A DNA stretch of 64,000 bases from assembly GCA_035655615.1 (NCBI GenBank), contig DASRUA010000153.1, forward strand, positions 1,541 to 65,540. Reading direction: 5' to 3'. Shown in pieces: positions 8,190-18,215 of this stretch. Within the stretch, counting starts at the first letter, position 1; every line of letters begins with the position of its first letter. Origin of the DNA: Dermatophilaceae bacterium (GTDB lineage Bacteria > Actinomycetota > Actinomycetes > Actinomycetales > Dermatophilaceae). The notes under the pieces are model-generated. The model made no database searches and was not told the DNA's origin. It saw only the letters and a list, made by a program, of their open reading frames with translations. The position numbers were made by a program, and so were the translations under genes.

Positions 8190-9683
8190 GTGGCTAAGGG
8201 ACTGCTCGTGGCGGGCACCACGTCGGACGCAGGCAAGAGCCTGGTGACGGCCGGCCTGTGCCGTTGGCTGGCCCGGAGGGGCGTCTCGGTGGCTCCGTTC
8301 AAGGCACAGAACATGTCCAACAACTCGATGGTCTGCGCCGACGGCTCGGAGATCGGTCGGGCGCAGTGGGTCCAGGCGGTCGCGTGCGGGGTCACGCCCG
8401 AGGCCGCGATGAACCCGGTGCTCCTGAAACCGGGGTCCGATCTGCGATCGCACGTCGTCCTGATGGGACGCTCATGGGGAGAGCTCGGGGCCGGCGAGTG
8501 GGCGACCGGTCGAAAGGTGCTGGCGCAGACGGCGTTTGAGGCATTTCGGGACCTGTCATCACGATTCGACGTCGTCATCGCAGAAGGTGCGGGGAGTCCC
8601 GCAGAGATCAACCTGCGCGAGGGCGACTTCGTCAACATGGGCCTGGCCCGGGCCGTGGACCTGCCAGTGGTCGTCGTCGGGGACATCGACCGCGGTGGTG
8701 TCCTGGCCGCCATGTATGGCACGTTGGCGCTGCTGGACGAGGCCGACCAGGCCCACATCCGCGGCTGGATCGTGAACAAGTTTCGGGGGGACCTGTCGCT
8801 CCTCCAGCCCGGCCTTCGGATGCTGGAGGAGCGGACCTCTCGGCCGGTGCTGGGAACCCTGCCGTTCTTGTATGACGTGTGGCTCGATGGCGAGGATGCG
8901 CTTGCGATCTCGGGTTGGTCTGGTGCTGACTCTGCGGGAACGCCACCAGGGTCTGCTGTTGGTTCAACGCTTTCGGTTGCTGTGGTTCGCTTCCCCAGAG
9001 TCTCCAACGCCACCGATGTTGACGCTCTAGCCGCCGAGCCCGGTGTTGATGTCCGGGTGACGGCCGATCCGGATGTCGTCGCCCGAGCGGATCTGGTGGT
9101 GCTGCCGGGGACCCGTGCCACAGTGGCGGACCTGCAGTGGATGCGCGGTCGGCGGCTGGACGAGGCGGTGCTCTCCCGGGTGACGACTGGCCGTCCGGTG
9201 CTCGGGATCTGTGGCGGATACCAGATGCTGGCGAAGGCCATTGATGACCCTGATGGCGTCGAGTCCGGCTCCGTCCAGAATGTTGCGGGGCTTGGGATGC
9301 TGCCGATTCGGGTGAGGTTCGAGGCGGATAAGCATCTGGGACGACCCACTGGTCGGTGGCGCGGAAACGCCGTGACGGCATACGAGATTCACCACGGGGT
9401 GGCCTCGCGCACATCCGGTGGTCTTGAGGCTGAGCCGTTCCTGGATGGGTGGCGATCGGGCCCGGTGTGGGGGACCACCTGGCATGGAGCCTTCGAGAAC
9501 GACAGCTTCCGGAGGGCGTTCCTGACTGAGGTTGCATCGCAGGCGGGCGTGCGGTGGCGGGCCGCTGCGGGCGCGCCGGGGTTCGCCGCGCGGCGCGAGC
9601 TGATGCTCGATCGTCTGGCGGACGCCGTCGACCAGGCTCTCGACACCGCGGCATTGGCAGCGATCATCGGCGTCGACCTCTGA
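8190..9683 (+). CDS. cobQ: cobyric acid synthase
   Basis: 497-aa ORF. The N-terminus reads GTTSDAGKSLVTAGLCR, and a C-terminal glutamine amidotransferase-like domain carries GICGGYQML. Confidence 0.9.
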   Translation: MAKGLLVAGTTSDAGKSLVTAGLCRWLARRGVSVAPFKAQNMSNNSMVCADGSEIGRAQWVQAVACGVTPEAAMNPVLLKPGSDLRSHVVLMGRSWGELGAGEWATGRKVLAQTAFEAFRDLSSRFDVVIAEGAGSPAEINLREGDFVNMGLARAVDLPVVVVGDIDRGGVLAAMYGTLALLDEADQAHIRGWIVNKFRGDLSLLQPGLRMLEERTSRPVLGTLPFLYDVWLDGEDALAISGWSGADSAGTPPGSAVGSTLSVAVVRFPRVSNATDVDALAAEPGVDVRVTADPDVVARADLVVLPGTRATVADLQWMRGRRLDEAVLSRVTTGRPVLGICGGYQMLAKAIDDPDGVESGSVQNVAGLGMLPIRVRFEADKHLGRPTGRWRGNAVTAYEIHHGVASRTSGGLEAEPFLDGWRSGPVWGTTWHGAFENDSFRRAFLTEVASQAGVRWRAAAGAPGFAARRELMLDRLADAVDQALDTAALAAIIGVDL

Positions 9684-9743
9684 CGTTCTGATGTCGTGGA
9701 TCTCGTTCTGTCCCAGACCTGACCCAGATGTCGTGGCGCTCGC

Positions 9744-10487
9744 TCAGATGTCCCAGACCTCAAAGGTGATGGCCTGCTCGACTCCCATGGCCTGGCCGCC
9801 ACGGCCGAGGATCATCTCGAGCAGATCCGTTGGTGAGGGATAGTCTCCGCCGAGGCCCTGGAGATAGATCTGATGGGCCGTCAGGGATGCCACGGCCGCA
9901 TCCACGTGTCCGGTCACCTCCACCCCATGGGTGTTGTTGGGCGAACCCGCCATGCAGACCCACTTCACTCCACTCCACGGTTCGTAGCCTTCATCAGCCA
10001 GCTCGGGGTGGATCCACCGGTTGCCCGCATCCTTGGAGGCGTCCAGCGTGGCAAGTCCCACCGCGCGGTGATCGGCCTGGTTGGTGCCGCCACCGGCAAA
10101 CCGTTCGTGATGGGTGAGCGTGAGGACGACCTCGGGCTTGTGGATGCGGATCGCGCGGGCGATGTCGCGGCGCAACGGCAGACCGTACTCGACCATGCCG
10201 TCGTCGTAGTCGAGGAACTCCACGACTTCGACGCCAACCTCGGATGCGCCGTCGCGTTCCTCCTGGGCGCGCAGTGACGCTGCTTCGCTCGGTGGAATGC
10301 CATCGATGCCGGCCTCGCCGTGGGTGGCCAGCAGGTAGCTGACCGTCTTGCCCTGCTGGACCCAGCGGTCGACCGCAGCGGCTATGCCGTATTCGAGATC
10401 ATCTGGGTGGGCAGCCACGCAGAGTGCTCGTGACCAGGACTCGTCGAACGAAGGAAGGACCTGCTCTTGCGATCGAAGGTCGCTCAT
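9744..10487 (-). CDS. PIG-L (LmbE-like) family deacetylase
   Basis: 247-aa ORF with the AHPDDLEYG motif and a downstream HxxH-type metal-ligand region. Confidence 0.8.
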   Translation of the reverse strand: MSDLRSQEQVLPSFDESWSRALCVAAHPDDLEYGIAAAVDRWVQQGKTVSYLLATHGEAGIDGIPPSEAASLRAQEERDGASEVGVEVVEFLDYDDGMVEYGLPLRRDIARAIRIHKPEVVLTLTHHERFAGGGTNQADHRAVGLATLDASKDAGNRWIHPELADEGYEPWSGVKWVCMAGSPNNTHGVEVTGHVDAAVASLTAHQIYLQGLGGDYPSPTDLLEMILGRGGQAMGVEQAITFEVWDI

Positions 10488-10597
10488 CTGGTCACGCTAC
10501 ACATGGTTCCGCTGCCGCGGTGGTCAGACACCCGGCCTGTCGCCGGTGGTCCATGATGGAACCTTCGGGCGACCGTCGCCCTTCAGGAGAAGAACCT

Positions 10598-11659
10598 ATG
10601 TCCTTGTTGACCGAGACCGTCGCGGCGATCACGTCGGCATCCATCGAAGCGATGACAGCCGCCGAGGAACGTCAGTCGATGCTCACCAAACCGCGTGGCT
10701 CGCTGGGTGCGCTCGAAGACCTCGGGACCCGTCTGTGCGGCATGTATGGCGAGTGCCCACCGCCGATGCCCGAGCCGGTCACCATCGCGGTCTTCGCAGG
10801 AGACCACGGTGTCCACGCGCAAGGCGTGTCGCCATGGCCGCAGGAGGTGACCACCCAGATGGTCGGCAACTTCCTGGCAGGGGGAGCGGTAATCAACGTC
10901 TTCGGCCGGCAGGTCGGCGCGGAGGTCGTCGTGATCGACATAGGGGTTGCCGGCGACGTGCCGGCGGCTGCGGGTTTGATTGCGCGCAAGATCGCCGCGG
11001 GGACTGCTGACATGACGCGGGGTCCGGCGATGACGCCAGCTCAGGTGCAGGCGGCCATCGAGGTGGGCATCGAGGTGGCGAAGGACTGTGTGGCCCAGGG
11101 AAGCCGGCTGCTCGTCACCGGCGACATGGGCATCGCGAACACCACGGCGTCAGCGGCCCTGATCAGCGTCTTCACCGGCCTGGACGCCGCCGAGGTCACC
11201 GGCCGCGGCACCGGCATCGATACCCCGATGCTGGCGCACAAGGTGTCTGTCATCGAGACCGCCATCAGGATCAACCAGCTGAGTCCCAATAGCGACCCGC
11301 TCGCCGCGCTGGCCGGCGTCGGTGGGTTCGAGCACGCAGGCGTCGTGGGCTACCTGCTGGCCGCCGCCGCACAGCGCACCCCGGTCATCCTCGACGGCGT
11401 TATCGCCTGCTCGGCGGCCTTGGTGGCGCGGGCGATTGCGCCTGACGCCGCGGACTACTGGATCGCGGGCCATCGCTCGATCGAGCCGGGCGCCACCGCG
11501 GCCCTCGCCCACCTCGGCCTGGTGCCGCTGGTTGACCTCGGGATGCGGCTCGGCGAGGGGTCGGGGGCGGCGTTGGCCGTGCCGCTGGTCCAGGCCTCGG
11601 CCCGCATCCTGCGTGAGGTCGCCACGTTCGACGCAGCTGGTGTCTCGAATAAGGAATAG
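10598..11659 (+). CDS. cobT: nicotinate-nucleotide--dimethylbenzimidazole phosphoribosyltransferase
   Basis: In frame with ORF 10424..11659. AGGAGA SD at 10585-10590 precedes ATG 10598. LTKPRGSLGALEDL and GDMGIANTT are typical of CobT. Confidence 0.88.
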   Translation: MSLLTETVAAITSASIEAMTAAEERQSMLTKPRGSLGALEDLGTRLCGMYGECPPPMPEPVTIAVFAGDHGVHAQGVSPWPQEVTTQMVGNFLAGGAVINVFGRQVGAEVVVIDIGVAGDVPAAAGLIARKIAAGTADMTRGPAMTPAQVQAAIEVGIEVAKDCVAQGSRLLVTGDMGIANTTASAALISVFTGLDAAEVTGRGTGIDTPMLAHKVSVIETAIRINQLSPNSDPLAALAGVGGFEHAGVVGYLLAAAAQRTPVILDGVIACSAALVARAIAPDAADYWIAGHRSIEPGATAALAHLGLVPLVDLGMRLGEGSGAALAVPLVQASARILREVATFDAAGVSNKE

Positions 11660-11661
11660 CC

Positions 11662-12948
11662 GTGCCACAACGACCGGAACCCTTGCTTCCGTTGGGCTTG
11701 CGCCTGCGTGGCCGGCGAGTTGTCGTCGTGGGCGGGGGACCTGTGGCGCTCCGCCGGGTCGGTGCCCTGATGGCCGCCCGGGCCAGCGTCACGCTCGTTT
11801 CGCCCACCGTCGTGGCGGCGTTGGAGGACCTTGCCGAACGTGGCCGGATCGACTGGCTCGTGCGGCGATATGAGCCGGGTGACCTGTGCGACGCGTGGCT
11901 CGCCATGGCTTGCACGGCTGATGCCGCGGTCAACGCGCAGGTGCTTGTCGAGGCCGAGGAGGTGCGTATCTTCTGCCTACGCGCCGACGACGCGTCAGAG
12001 GCCTCGGCCTGGATGCCGGCCACCGGTCGCACCGGACGAGCCACGGTCAGCGTCCACGCTGATCGCGACCCACACACCGCGGCCGCTCTGCGCGACGTAG
12101 CGCTCGCTGCGGTGGAGGCCGCGTTACGTGAGGACCCCTGGGTGCGCTCTCAGCGCCGGGTCCGGACCGCCCGTTCCGGCCATGGCTCAGGCGAGGGCTC
12201 AGGCGAAGACTCAGGCGAAGGGTCAGGCTTGGTGACCCTGGTCGGTGGCGGCCCGGGGGATCCGGAGCTGATGACTTTGAAGGGTCTTCAGGCGTTGGCC
12301 GAGGCCGATGTCGTTGTCGTCGACCGGCTGGCGCCGTTGGCCGTGCTGGACGGGCTGCGTGAGGGTGTCGAGATCATTGACGTCTCTAAGATTCCGCGTG
12401 GACGGTTCACGCCCCAGGAAGAGATCAACGACATCCTGGTCGGTCGGGCGCGTGAGGGTCGCGTCGTGGTCCGGCTCAAAGGGGGAGACCCGTTCGTCTT
12501 CGGACGGGGTCTGGAAGAGGTCATTGCCTGTACAGAGGCCGGAGTCGCGGTTCAGGTCGTCCCGGGGGTGTCCTCCGCCATCGCCGCCCCCGAGCTGGCC
12601 GGCATACCGCTCACCCACCGGGGCGTCTCTCAAGGATTCACGGTGGTCTCCGGTCATGCGGCCCCGGACGATCCGCGCAGCACCCTGGACTGGCAGGCCC
12701 TGGCTCGCACAGGCACGACGCTTGTCGTCCTCATGGGCGTCGAGACCCTGCAGTCGATAGCTGTCGCGCTGGTCGGGGCCGGTCGTGACGTGAACACCCC
12801 GCTGGCCTGTGTCATGGACGGAGGTCTGCCCAGCCAGAAGGTCCTCCTCAGCACCCTTGCCGGGGTCGTCAGCTCCGGCCCACCGCCGGAGCTGCTTTCT
12901 CCTGCAGTCATCGTCATCGGTGCTGTCGCCGCCTTCGCGACCGGGTAG
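11662..12948 (+). CDS. cysG: siroheme synthase-like fusion: precorrin-2 dehydrogenase/ferrochelatase N-domain + uroporphyrinogen-III C-methyltransferase
   Basis: 428-aa ORF. The N-terminal Rossmann motif is VVVVGGGPVALRRV. The C-terminal SUMT domain carries VGGGPGDPELMTLKG and RLKGGDPFVFGRG. The domains are joined by a GSGEGSGEDSGEGSG linker. Confidence 0.85.
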   Translation: MPQRPEPLLPLGLRLRGRRVVVVGGGPVALRRVGALMAARASVTLVSPTVVAALEDLAERGRIDWLVRRYEPGDLCDAWLAMACTADAAVNAQVLVEAEEVRIFCLRADDASEASAWMPATGRTGRATVSVHADRDPHTAAALRDVALAAVEAALREDPWVRSQRRVRTARSGHGSGEGSGEDSGEGSGLVTLVGGGPGDPELMTLKGLQALAEADVVVVDRLAPLAVLDGLREGVEIIDVSKIPRGRFTPQEEINDILVGRAREGRVVVRLKGGDPFVFGRGLEEVIACTEAGVAVQVVPGVSSAIAAPELAGIPLTHRGVSQGFTVVSGHAAPDDPRSTLDWQALARTGTTLVVLMGVETLQSIAVALVGAGRDVNTPLACVMDGGLPSQKVLLSTLAGVVSSGPPPELLSPAVIVIGAVAAFATG

Positions 12949-12994
12949 AGGGCGTGGGCTGGCCAGGTGCTATCGGCTGGCTAAGGTGACGTCC

Positions 12995-13210
12995 ATGACA
13001 GATGAGTGGACCTGGACCTATTTCGATGCAGATGCCACGGTGATGACCGGTGAGGCACTGGTTACCACCGGTTTTCCCTCACAGAGCGACGCGGAGACCT
13101 GGCTCGGCGAGCAGTGGCGTGAGCTGGCCGAGGCTGGGGTCGAGGCGGTCACGCTCGAGCACGAAGACGCTGTCGTCTACGGACCGATGAGCCTGCGAGC
13201 CGCTCAGTGA
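12995..13210 (+). CDS. small acidic hypothetical protein
   Basis: ATG 12995 is in frame with ORF 12809..13210 and gives 71 aa. The stop overlaps the start of the next gene. Confidence 0.5.
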   Translation: MTDEWTWTYFDADATVMTGEALVTTGFPSQSDAETWLGEQWRELAEAGVEAVTLEHEDAVVYGPMSLRAAQ

Positions 13211-14580
13211 GCGCACCGGCGAACGCTCTGTCGTTGGGCGCTCTTCCGCTGGGTCAGGGGCTTGTCCGGGATCTTGAGCGCCGGGTGCGTGAGGCGCAGA
13301 GTCAGTGGCACTCGCCGGCGGTCAGTGCCGGCCTCGTCAGGGATGGCGCTCTTGTATGGTCCTGCCATGTGGGTTCAGCCCGGCTCGACCCGCTCGCGGC
13401 GCCCACCGATGACACGCAATACATGATCGGTTCGATCACCAAGACGTTCACTGCGGTGCTGATCATGACATTGCGTGACGCAGGCAGGCTGTCGCTGGAC
13501 GATCGGCTCGACAAGTACCTGCCAAAGACCAGACACGGCGCCATCACCATCCGGCAGATGCTGGCTCACGCGTCCGGCCTGCAGCGTGAGCCGGTCGGCC
13601 GGATCTGGGAGAACCTCGACGCGCCCGACCAGGAGCGTCTGCTGCGTGAGCTCGAGGATGCCGAGCAGGTCCTGCCCGTCCACTTCGCCTTCCATTACTC
13701 CAACCTGGCGTTCGCACTCCTGGGACAGGTCGTGGAGCTGCTCGAAGCACGGCCGTGGGGCGAAGTTGTCACCGAGCGCATCCTCGCGCCGCTGGGGATG
13801 AGGAACACAGGACTGGCCCCTGACGAGGTGGGTCGGGCCCTGGGCTACCAGGTTCATCCGCACACGGGCGTCGCGACTCTGGAGCCTCGGTTTGAGCTCA
13901 AGGCGACGGCCCCGTTGGGCGGGCTCTGGAGCACCGTTGCCGACCTCGGCCGGTACGCATCCTTCGTGGCGGATCCGATCGATGAGGTTCTCGCCCCTGA
14001 CAGCGTCGAAGAGATGTGCCGGCCCCTGATCATGACGGATGTGGAGGGATGGGCCCGGGCCTACGGGCTCGGCTATGACCTGCAGCGCACAGGCGAACGT
14101 GTGCTTGCCGGTCACGGCGGAGCGATGCCCGGTTTCCTGGCCGGCCTGCGGGTCAGGCGCCAGGACCGGGTCGGGGCTGTGGTCTTCGCCAACAGCACCG
14201 CAGGGGCTGAGCCCGTGACCCTGGCCGGTCAGCTGGTCAATGCTGTGCTCGACGCTGAGCCATCGCTGGCGCACATGTGGACGCCGTCGCAGTCGCAGCC
14301 GGACTTTGAGGGAATCCCAGGCAGCTGGTGGTCCGAGGGTGAGGAGATCGTCTTCGAGGTGCGCGACAACGTTCTGTGGTCGCGGATTCCCGGTGGGTTG
14401 CCCATCGCGGACACCCGGTTCGTCAGGGTGGACGCTGACCGCTTCCGGGCGGTTGTCGGACGGGAGGGCGGTGAGCTGCTCGAGATCGTGCGAGGCCCGG
14501 AGGGCGACGTCGAACGCATGTACTTCGCGACTTATGCGCTCACCCGTACACCGACCGCCTTCGCTGACCTGCTCGGCTGA
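13207..14580 (+). CDS. serine hydrolase (beta-lactamase / PBP4*-related family)
   Basis: 457-aa ORF with the SxxK motif GSITKTF and a YSN motif (HYSNLAF). Confidence 0.85.
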   Translation: MSAPANALSLGALPLGQGLVRDLERRVREAQSQWHSPAVSAGLVRDGALVWSCHVGSARLDPLAAPTDDTQYMIGSITKTFTAVLIMTLRDAGRLSLDDRLDKYLPKTRHGAITIRQMLAHASGLQREPVGRIWENLDAPDQERLLRELEDAEQVLPVHFAFHYSNLAFALLGQVVELLEARPWGEVVTERILAPLGMRNTGLAPDEVGRALGYQVHPHTGVATLEPRFELKATAPLGGLWSTVADLGRYASFVADPIDEVLAPDSVEEMCRPLIMTDVEGWARAYGLGYDLQRTGERVLAGHGGAMPGFLAGLRVRRQDRVGAVVFANSTAGAEPVTLAGQLVNAVLDAEPSLAHMWTPSQSQPDFEGIPGSWWSEGEEIVFEVRDNVLWSRIPGGLPIADTRFVRVDADRFRAVVGREGGELLEIVRGPEGDVERMYFATYALTRTPTAFADLLG

Positions 14581-14715
14581 GTCTCGCCCGGCTTGCTTGA
14601 TGAGGCGCCGTCGCGCACAAGTACCAGCAGCGTTTCGTGGCGTCAAGCCTCAAGGAGCTGACCTGTCCGACCCTTACGTGTGGCGACCTAACAGGTAGGC
14701 GGTTTGTGTGGCGAG

Positions 14716-15342
14716 CTACTTGCGCTTGAACGCGCCCGCGATCTTGGGATTCATGCGGTCGACCTGGGGACGCGGCAGCCGCGAGCGACGCATCTGGAAG
14801 GCGCGCATGACGGCATACATGGTGGATCCGCGAGGGGGAGCCTCGCCGAACTTGGCGACGATCTTTGCCTTGGTATGCCGCCACATCATGAACGTGTCGA
14901 GCGCGCCGGCGACAACCAGGCCGTAGACCAGTATGACGACCATCAGCGTGGCCCAGGATGCAGACGACTTGAAGATAGCAGGCACAAAGGTCAACGCCAG
15001 CACCACGAACATGACCGGCAACATGAACTCGCCGATGTTCCAGCGGGAGTCCACGCTGTCGCGGATATAGCGCTTGACCGGACCCTTGTCGCGCGCGGGC
15101 AACGCGGACTCATCGCCGGACAATAGCGCGGCACGTTGCTTGGCCCGGGCCAGCCGGGACGCGTCCCGCGACTGGCCGGCTGCGGCCTTGCGGTCCGTGG
15201 GCACCAGGGGTCGCTTGCGGGCGGTCTCCTGCTCCCGCCGGGACGGGGTGGGGCGGTTCTTGGCACCTGGCCGCTCGGCATACGTCACGGCCGAGGGGGT
15301 GCTGTCCTTGGGGGTCTTTTTGCGTCCGAACACGTAGTTCAC
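14716..15342 (-). CDS. DUF3043-like membrane protein
   Basis: This is the C-terminal part of the over-long ORF 14716..16158. A GTG at 15342 gives 208 aa. The N-terminus is basic (KKTPKDSTPSAV...), two TM helices follow, and the protein ends in AFKRK. Confidence 0.7.
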   Translation of the reverse strand: MNYVFGRKKTPKDSTPSAVTYAERPGAKNRPTPSRREQETARKRPLVPTDRKAAAGQSRDASRLARAKQRAALLSGDESALPARDKGPVKRYIRDSVDSRWNIGEFMLPVMFVVLALTFVPAIFKSSASWATLMVVILVYGLVVAGALDTFMMWRHTKAKIVAKFGEAPPRGSTMYAVMRAFQMRRSRLPRPQVDRMNPKIAGAFKRK

Positions 15343-15420
15343 TGTATGTCGTGTGGCTGGCTTCCCTCGTATCGCCCGTCCCTGGCGGCCGCGCGCGCAC
15401 GGGTGGGTACCCTCGAGATC

Positions 15421-16797
15421 GTGACCAACGACGTTCTCACCCCAGACCTTCACCCCGCCCGACTGAGTGCCCTGCAGGCCCGGGTCGCTGAGCTCCTGCC
15501 CGCGTTGCGCCAGGATCTCGAAGCGCTCACCCGGATACCGAGCGTCTCGCTCGCGGCCTTCGACCAGGCAAACGTTGACGCCAGCGCGCAGGCCGTGGCC
15601 GAGCTGTTGCGAGCCGAGGGTCTCGAGGTCGAGATCGTCAGGGAGGGTGGCCGACCCGCCGTCATAGGGCACGCCGCCGGACCCGAGGGCGCACCGACCG
15701 TCATGTTGTATGCCCACCATGACGTCCAGCCTCCAGGGGCCGAGTCCGAGTGGGACAGCTCGCCGTTCGAGCCGACCGAGCGTGATGGCCGGGTCTATGC
15801 CCGTGGCATCGCTGACGACAAGGCGGGTGTGATGGCCCACGTTGCGGCCCTTCGCGCCCACGCTGGTGGCCTCCCGGTCGGGGTCACCGTCTTCGTCGAG
15901 GGCGAGGAGGAGATCGGCTCGGATAGCCTGGCCGCCATCCTCGAGCGGCATGGCGAGAAGCTGCGGGCTGACGCGATCGTCCTGGCTGACTCGGCCAACT
16001 GGGCCGTAGGGGAGCCGGCGCTGACGACCACGCTGCGCGGCATGGTCCGTGTTGTCCTCACGGTGCGCGCGCTGGACCACGGTGTCCACAGCGGGATGTT
16101 CGGTGGTGCCGTTCCGGATGCCATCACCGCGCTGATCAGGACGATCGCCACCCTGCACGACGCCGAGGGCAATGTCGCAGTCGCCGGGCTGAAGTCAGGT
16201 GTGGCCTCCGACCTCGACTACCCTGAGCAGCGGCTCCGCGAGGAGTCCGGGCTGCTCGACGGTGTCGAGCTGATCGGCACCGGCTCGATCCTGACGCGGA
16301 TGTGGGCCAAGCCATCGATCACCACCATCGGCATCGACGCGCCATCTGTCGCCACGTCATCAAACACCCTGGTCCCACAGGCCGCTGCGAAGATCTCCAT
16401 GCGCATCGCCCCCGACGAGGACCCGCATGAGGCCTATCAGCTCCTGGTGGACCATCTACGCGCCAACGCGCCGTGGGGCGTCAAGGTGGACATCCTCTCG
16501 GACGACGAGGGCTCCGGCTTCTCTGCGGACGCCAACGGTCCCATCTATGACCAGGCGCGCGCGGCCTTCACCGATGCCTGGGGCGTCGCACCGGTGGATG
16601 TCGGCATAGGCGGTTCGATCCCGTTCGTAGCCGCGTTCGCCGAGAAATTCCCTGACGCCGGCATCCTCGTCACGGGCGTCGAGGACCCCGACACGCGGGC
16701 TCACGGCGCCAACGAGAGTCTGCATCTCGGCGAGTTCGGGCGAGTGTGCCTTGCCGAGGCTGTGCTGCTCGAACGTCTGGGTCTGCTGCGCGTCTGA
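15421..16797 (+). CDS. M20 family dipeptidase
   Basis: GTG 15421 is in frame with ORF 15136..16797. YAHHDVQP, ARGIADDKAG and EGEEEIGS are typical M20/ArgE/DapE motifs. Confidence 0.85.
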   Translation: MTNDVLTPDLHPARLSALQARVAELLPALRQDLEALTRIPSVSLAAFDQANVDASAQAVAELLRAEGLEVEIVREGGRPAVIGHAAGPEGAPTVMLYAHHDVQPPGAESEWDSSPFEPTERDGRVYARGIADDKAGVMAHVAALRAHAGGLPVGVTVFVEGEEEIGSDSLAAILERHGEKLRADAIVLADSANWAVGEPALTTTLRGMVRVVLTVRALDHGVHSGMFGGAVPDAITALIRTIATLHDAEGNVAVAGLKSGVASDLDYPEQRLREESGLLDGVELIGTGSILTRMWAKPSITTIGIDAPSVATSSNTLVPQAAAKISMRIAPDEDPHEAYQLLVDHLRANAPWGVKVDILSDDEGSGFSADANGPIYDQARAAFTDAWGVAPVDVGIGGSIPFVAAFAEKFPDAGILVTGVEDPDTRAHGANESLHLGEFGRVCLAEAVLLERLGLLRV

Positions 16798-16859
16798 CTT
16801 CACGCAGGCGCGCTGCAATGGTCAGCGCCGGGTGGCCGTGCGCGTAGCTCGCCGAGCGG

Positions 16860-18065
16860 TCAGTCGCTGGCGGCCCTGCCGGGAAGAGCGAGCATCTGGT
16901 CGAGCGCAACCCTGGCCCATCGTGCGACGTCGGGGTCGACGGTGATCTGGTTGACGATCCGCCCGGCAACCAGCGACTCCAGCGCCCACACCAGGTGGGG
17001 GAGATCGATTCGGTTCATCGTCGAGCAGTAGCAGACGTTCTTCTCCAGGAAGGCGATGTGTTGCTGCGGGAACATCGTCGCGAGCCTTCGCACCAGGTTG
17101 AGCTCGGTGCCGACCGCCCACGAGGTCCCGTCCTCCGCCGCGGCGATCGTCTCAATGATCTTCTCTGTCGAGCCGACTTCATCCGCGGCCTGCACGACCT
17201 CGTACTGACACTCCGGGTGGACGATCACCTTGACGCCGGGGATGGTGGCGCGGGCGGCTTTTATCGCTTCGAGAGAGAACCGGCCGTGTACCGAGCAGTG
17301 TCCACGCCACAGGATGACCCGCGCCGCGCGGACCTGTTCGCGGGTCAGCCCTCCGGCCGGCTGGTGTGGGTCGAAGACAACGCAGTCATCCAGCGAGAAG
17401 CCGAGCTCGCGGACCGCCGTGTTGCGGCCCAGGTGCTGGTCAGGAAGAAACAGCACCTTGCCCTGTCCGTCGATCCCCCCGCGCTGGTCGAACGCCCACT
17501 GCAGAGCGGTGACCGCATTGCCTGAGGTGCAGATCGTGCCGCCATGGCGACCTGTGAACGCCTTGATGGCAGCAGAGGAGTTCATGTAGGTCACCGGGAC
17601 CACAAGGTCCGCGATGCCCATCTCGGTCAGGTCGTCCCACGCGTCCTCGACCTGGCTGATCGCGGCCATGTCCGCCATGGAGCACCCGGCGGCAAGATCG
17701 GGCAGGACCACTTGCTGGTGGCTGGCAGTCAGGATGTCGGCCGACTCGGCCATGAAATGCACACCACAGAAGATGATGTATGGCGCGTTCGGTCGGGCGG
17801 CTGCCTCCTTGGCCAGCTTGAAGCTGTCGCCAGTGACATCAGCGAACTCGATGACCTCGTCGCGCTGGTAGTGGTGGCCGAGGACGAACACCTTGTCCCC
17901 CAGAGCAGCCTTGGCGGCACGGGCGCGTTCGACCAGGCCGGGGTCTGATGGAGCCGGCAGCTCACCGGGACATTCAACGCCTCGTTCTGTCGCGAGGTCG
18001 CGGCCCTGGCCGAGGACGAGGAGCGGCAGAGACGAATGACCAAGCGATTTCAGTGTGGTGCTCAC
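16860..18065 (-). CDS. nadA: quinolinate synthase
   Basis: 401-aa ORF containing FCGVHFMAESADIL, HPEC and CSTMN cysteine regions. Confidence 0.9.
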   Translation of the reverse strand: MSTTLKSLGHSSLPLLVLGQGRDLATERGVECPGELPAPSDPGLVERARAAKAALGDKVFVLGHHYQRDEVIEFADVTGDSFKLAKEAAARPNAPYIIFCGVHFMAESADILTASHQQVVLPDLAAGCSMADMAAISQVEDAWDDLTEMGIADLVVPVTYMNSSAAIKAFTGRHGGTICTSGNAVTALQWAFDQRGGIDGQGKVLFLPDQHLGRNTAVRELGFSLDDCVVFDPHQPAGGLTREQVRAARVILWRGHCSVHGRFSLEAIKAARATIPGVKVIVHPECQYEVVQAADEVGSTEKIIETIAAAEDGTSWAVGTELNLVRRLATMFPQQHIAFLEKNVCYCSTMNRIDLPHLVWALESLVAGRIVNQITVDPDVARWARVALDQMLALPGRAASD

Positions 18066-18203
18066 GGTCCGATCGTATGCTGTGGCGCGGAATACGACAT
18101 CCGGCCCCAGTTTTGATGCCGGATGACCCGCACCGGCTCCTGGTCTGGCGCCTGGTAACCCGCATCAACCACAGGTTTGCTACCGCATGGTGCGCAGAGT
18201 CCT

Positions 18204-18209
18204 TAGGTT
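18204..18209 (+). promoter_or_regulatory. possible -10 element (TAGGTT) for a leaderless transcript
   Basis: A TANNNT-type hexamer ends 6 nt before ATG 18216, and no SD lies between them. This is inference only. Confidence 0.25.
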
Positions 18210-18215
18210 TGGCAG

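Noticed and set aside
14716-16797. Over-long ORFs 14716..16158 (-) and 15136..16797 (+), which overlap each other by about 1 kb.
   Set aside because: Only the C-terminal 208 aa of the minus-strand ORF look like a real protein (DUF3043-like). Only the part from GTG 15421 of the plus-strand ORF looks real (M20 dipeptidase). The extensions are read-through of the opposite gene.
18066-18215. NAD-related riboswitch or NrtR/NiaR operator upstream of nadA. There is a TCGTAT..13 nt..ATACGA inverted repeat at about 18070-18095.
   Set aside because: The arms are only 6 bp and the repeat matches no regulator consensus that I can name with confidence. The class I NAD+ riboswitch core is not recognisable. 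The evidence is too weak to report as a feature.
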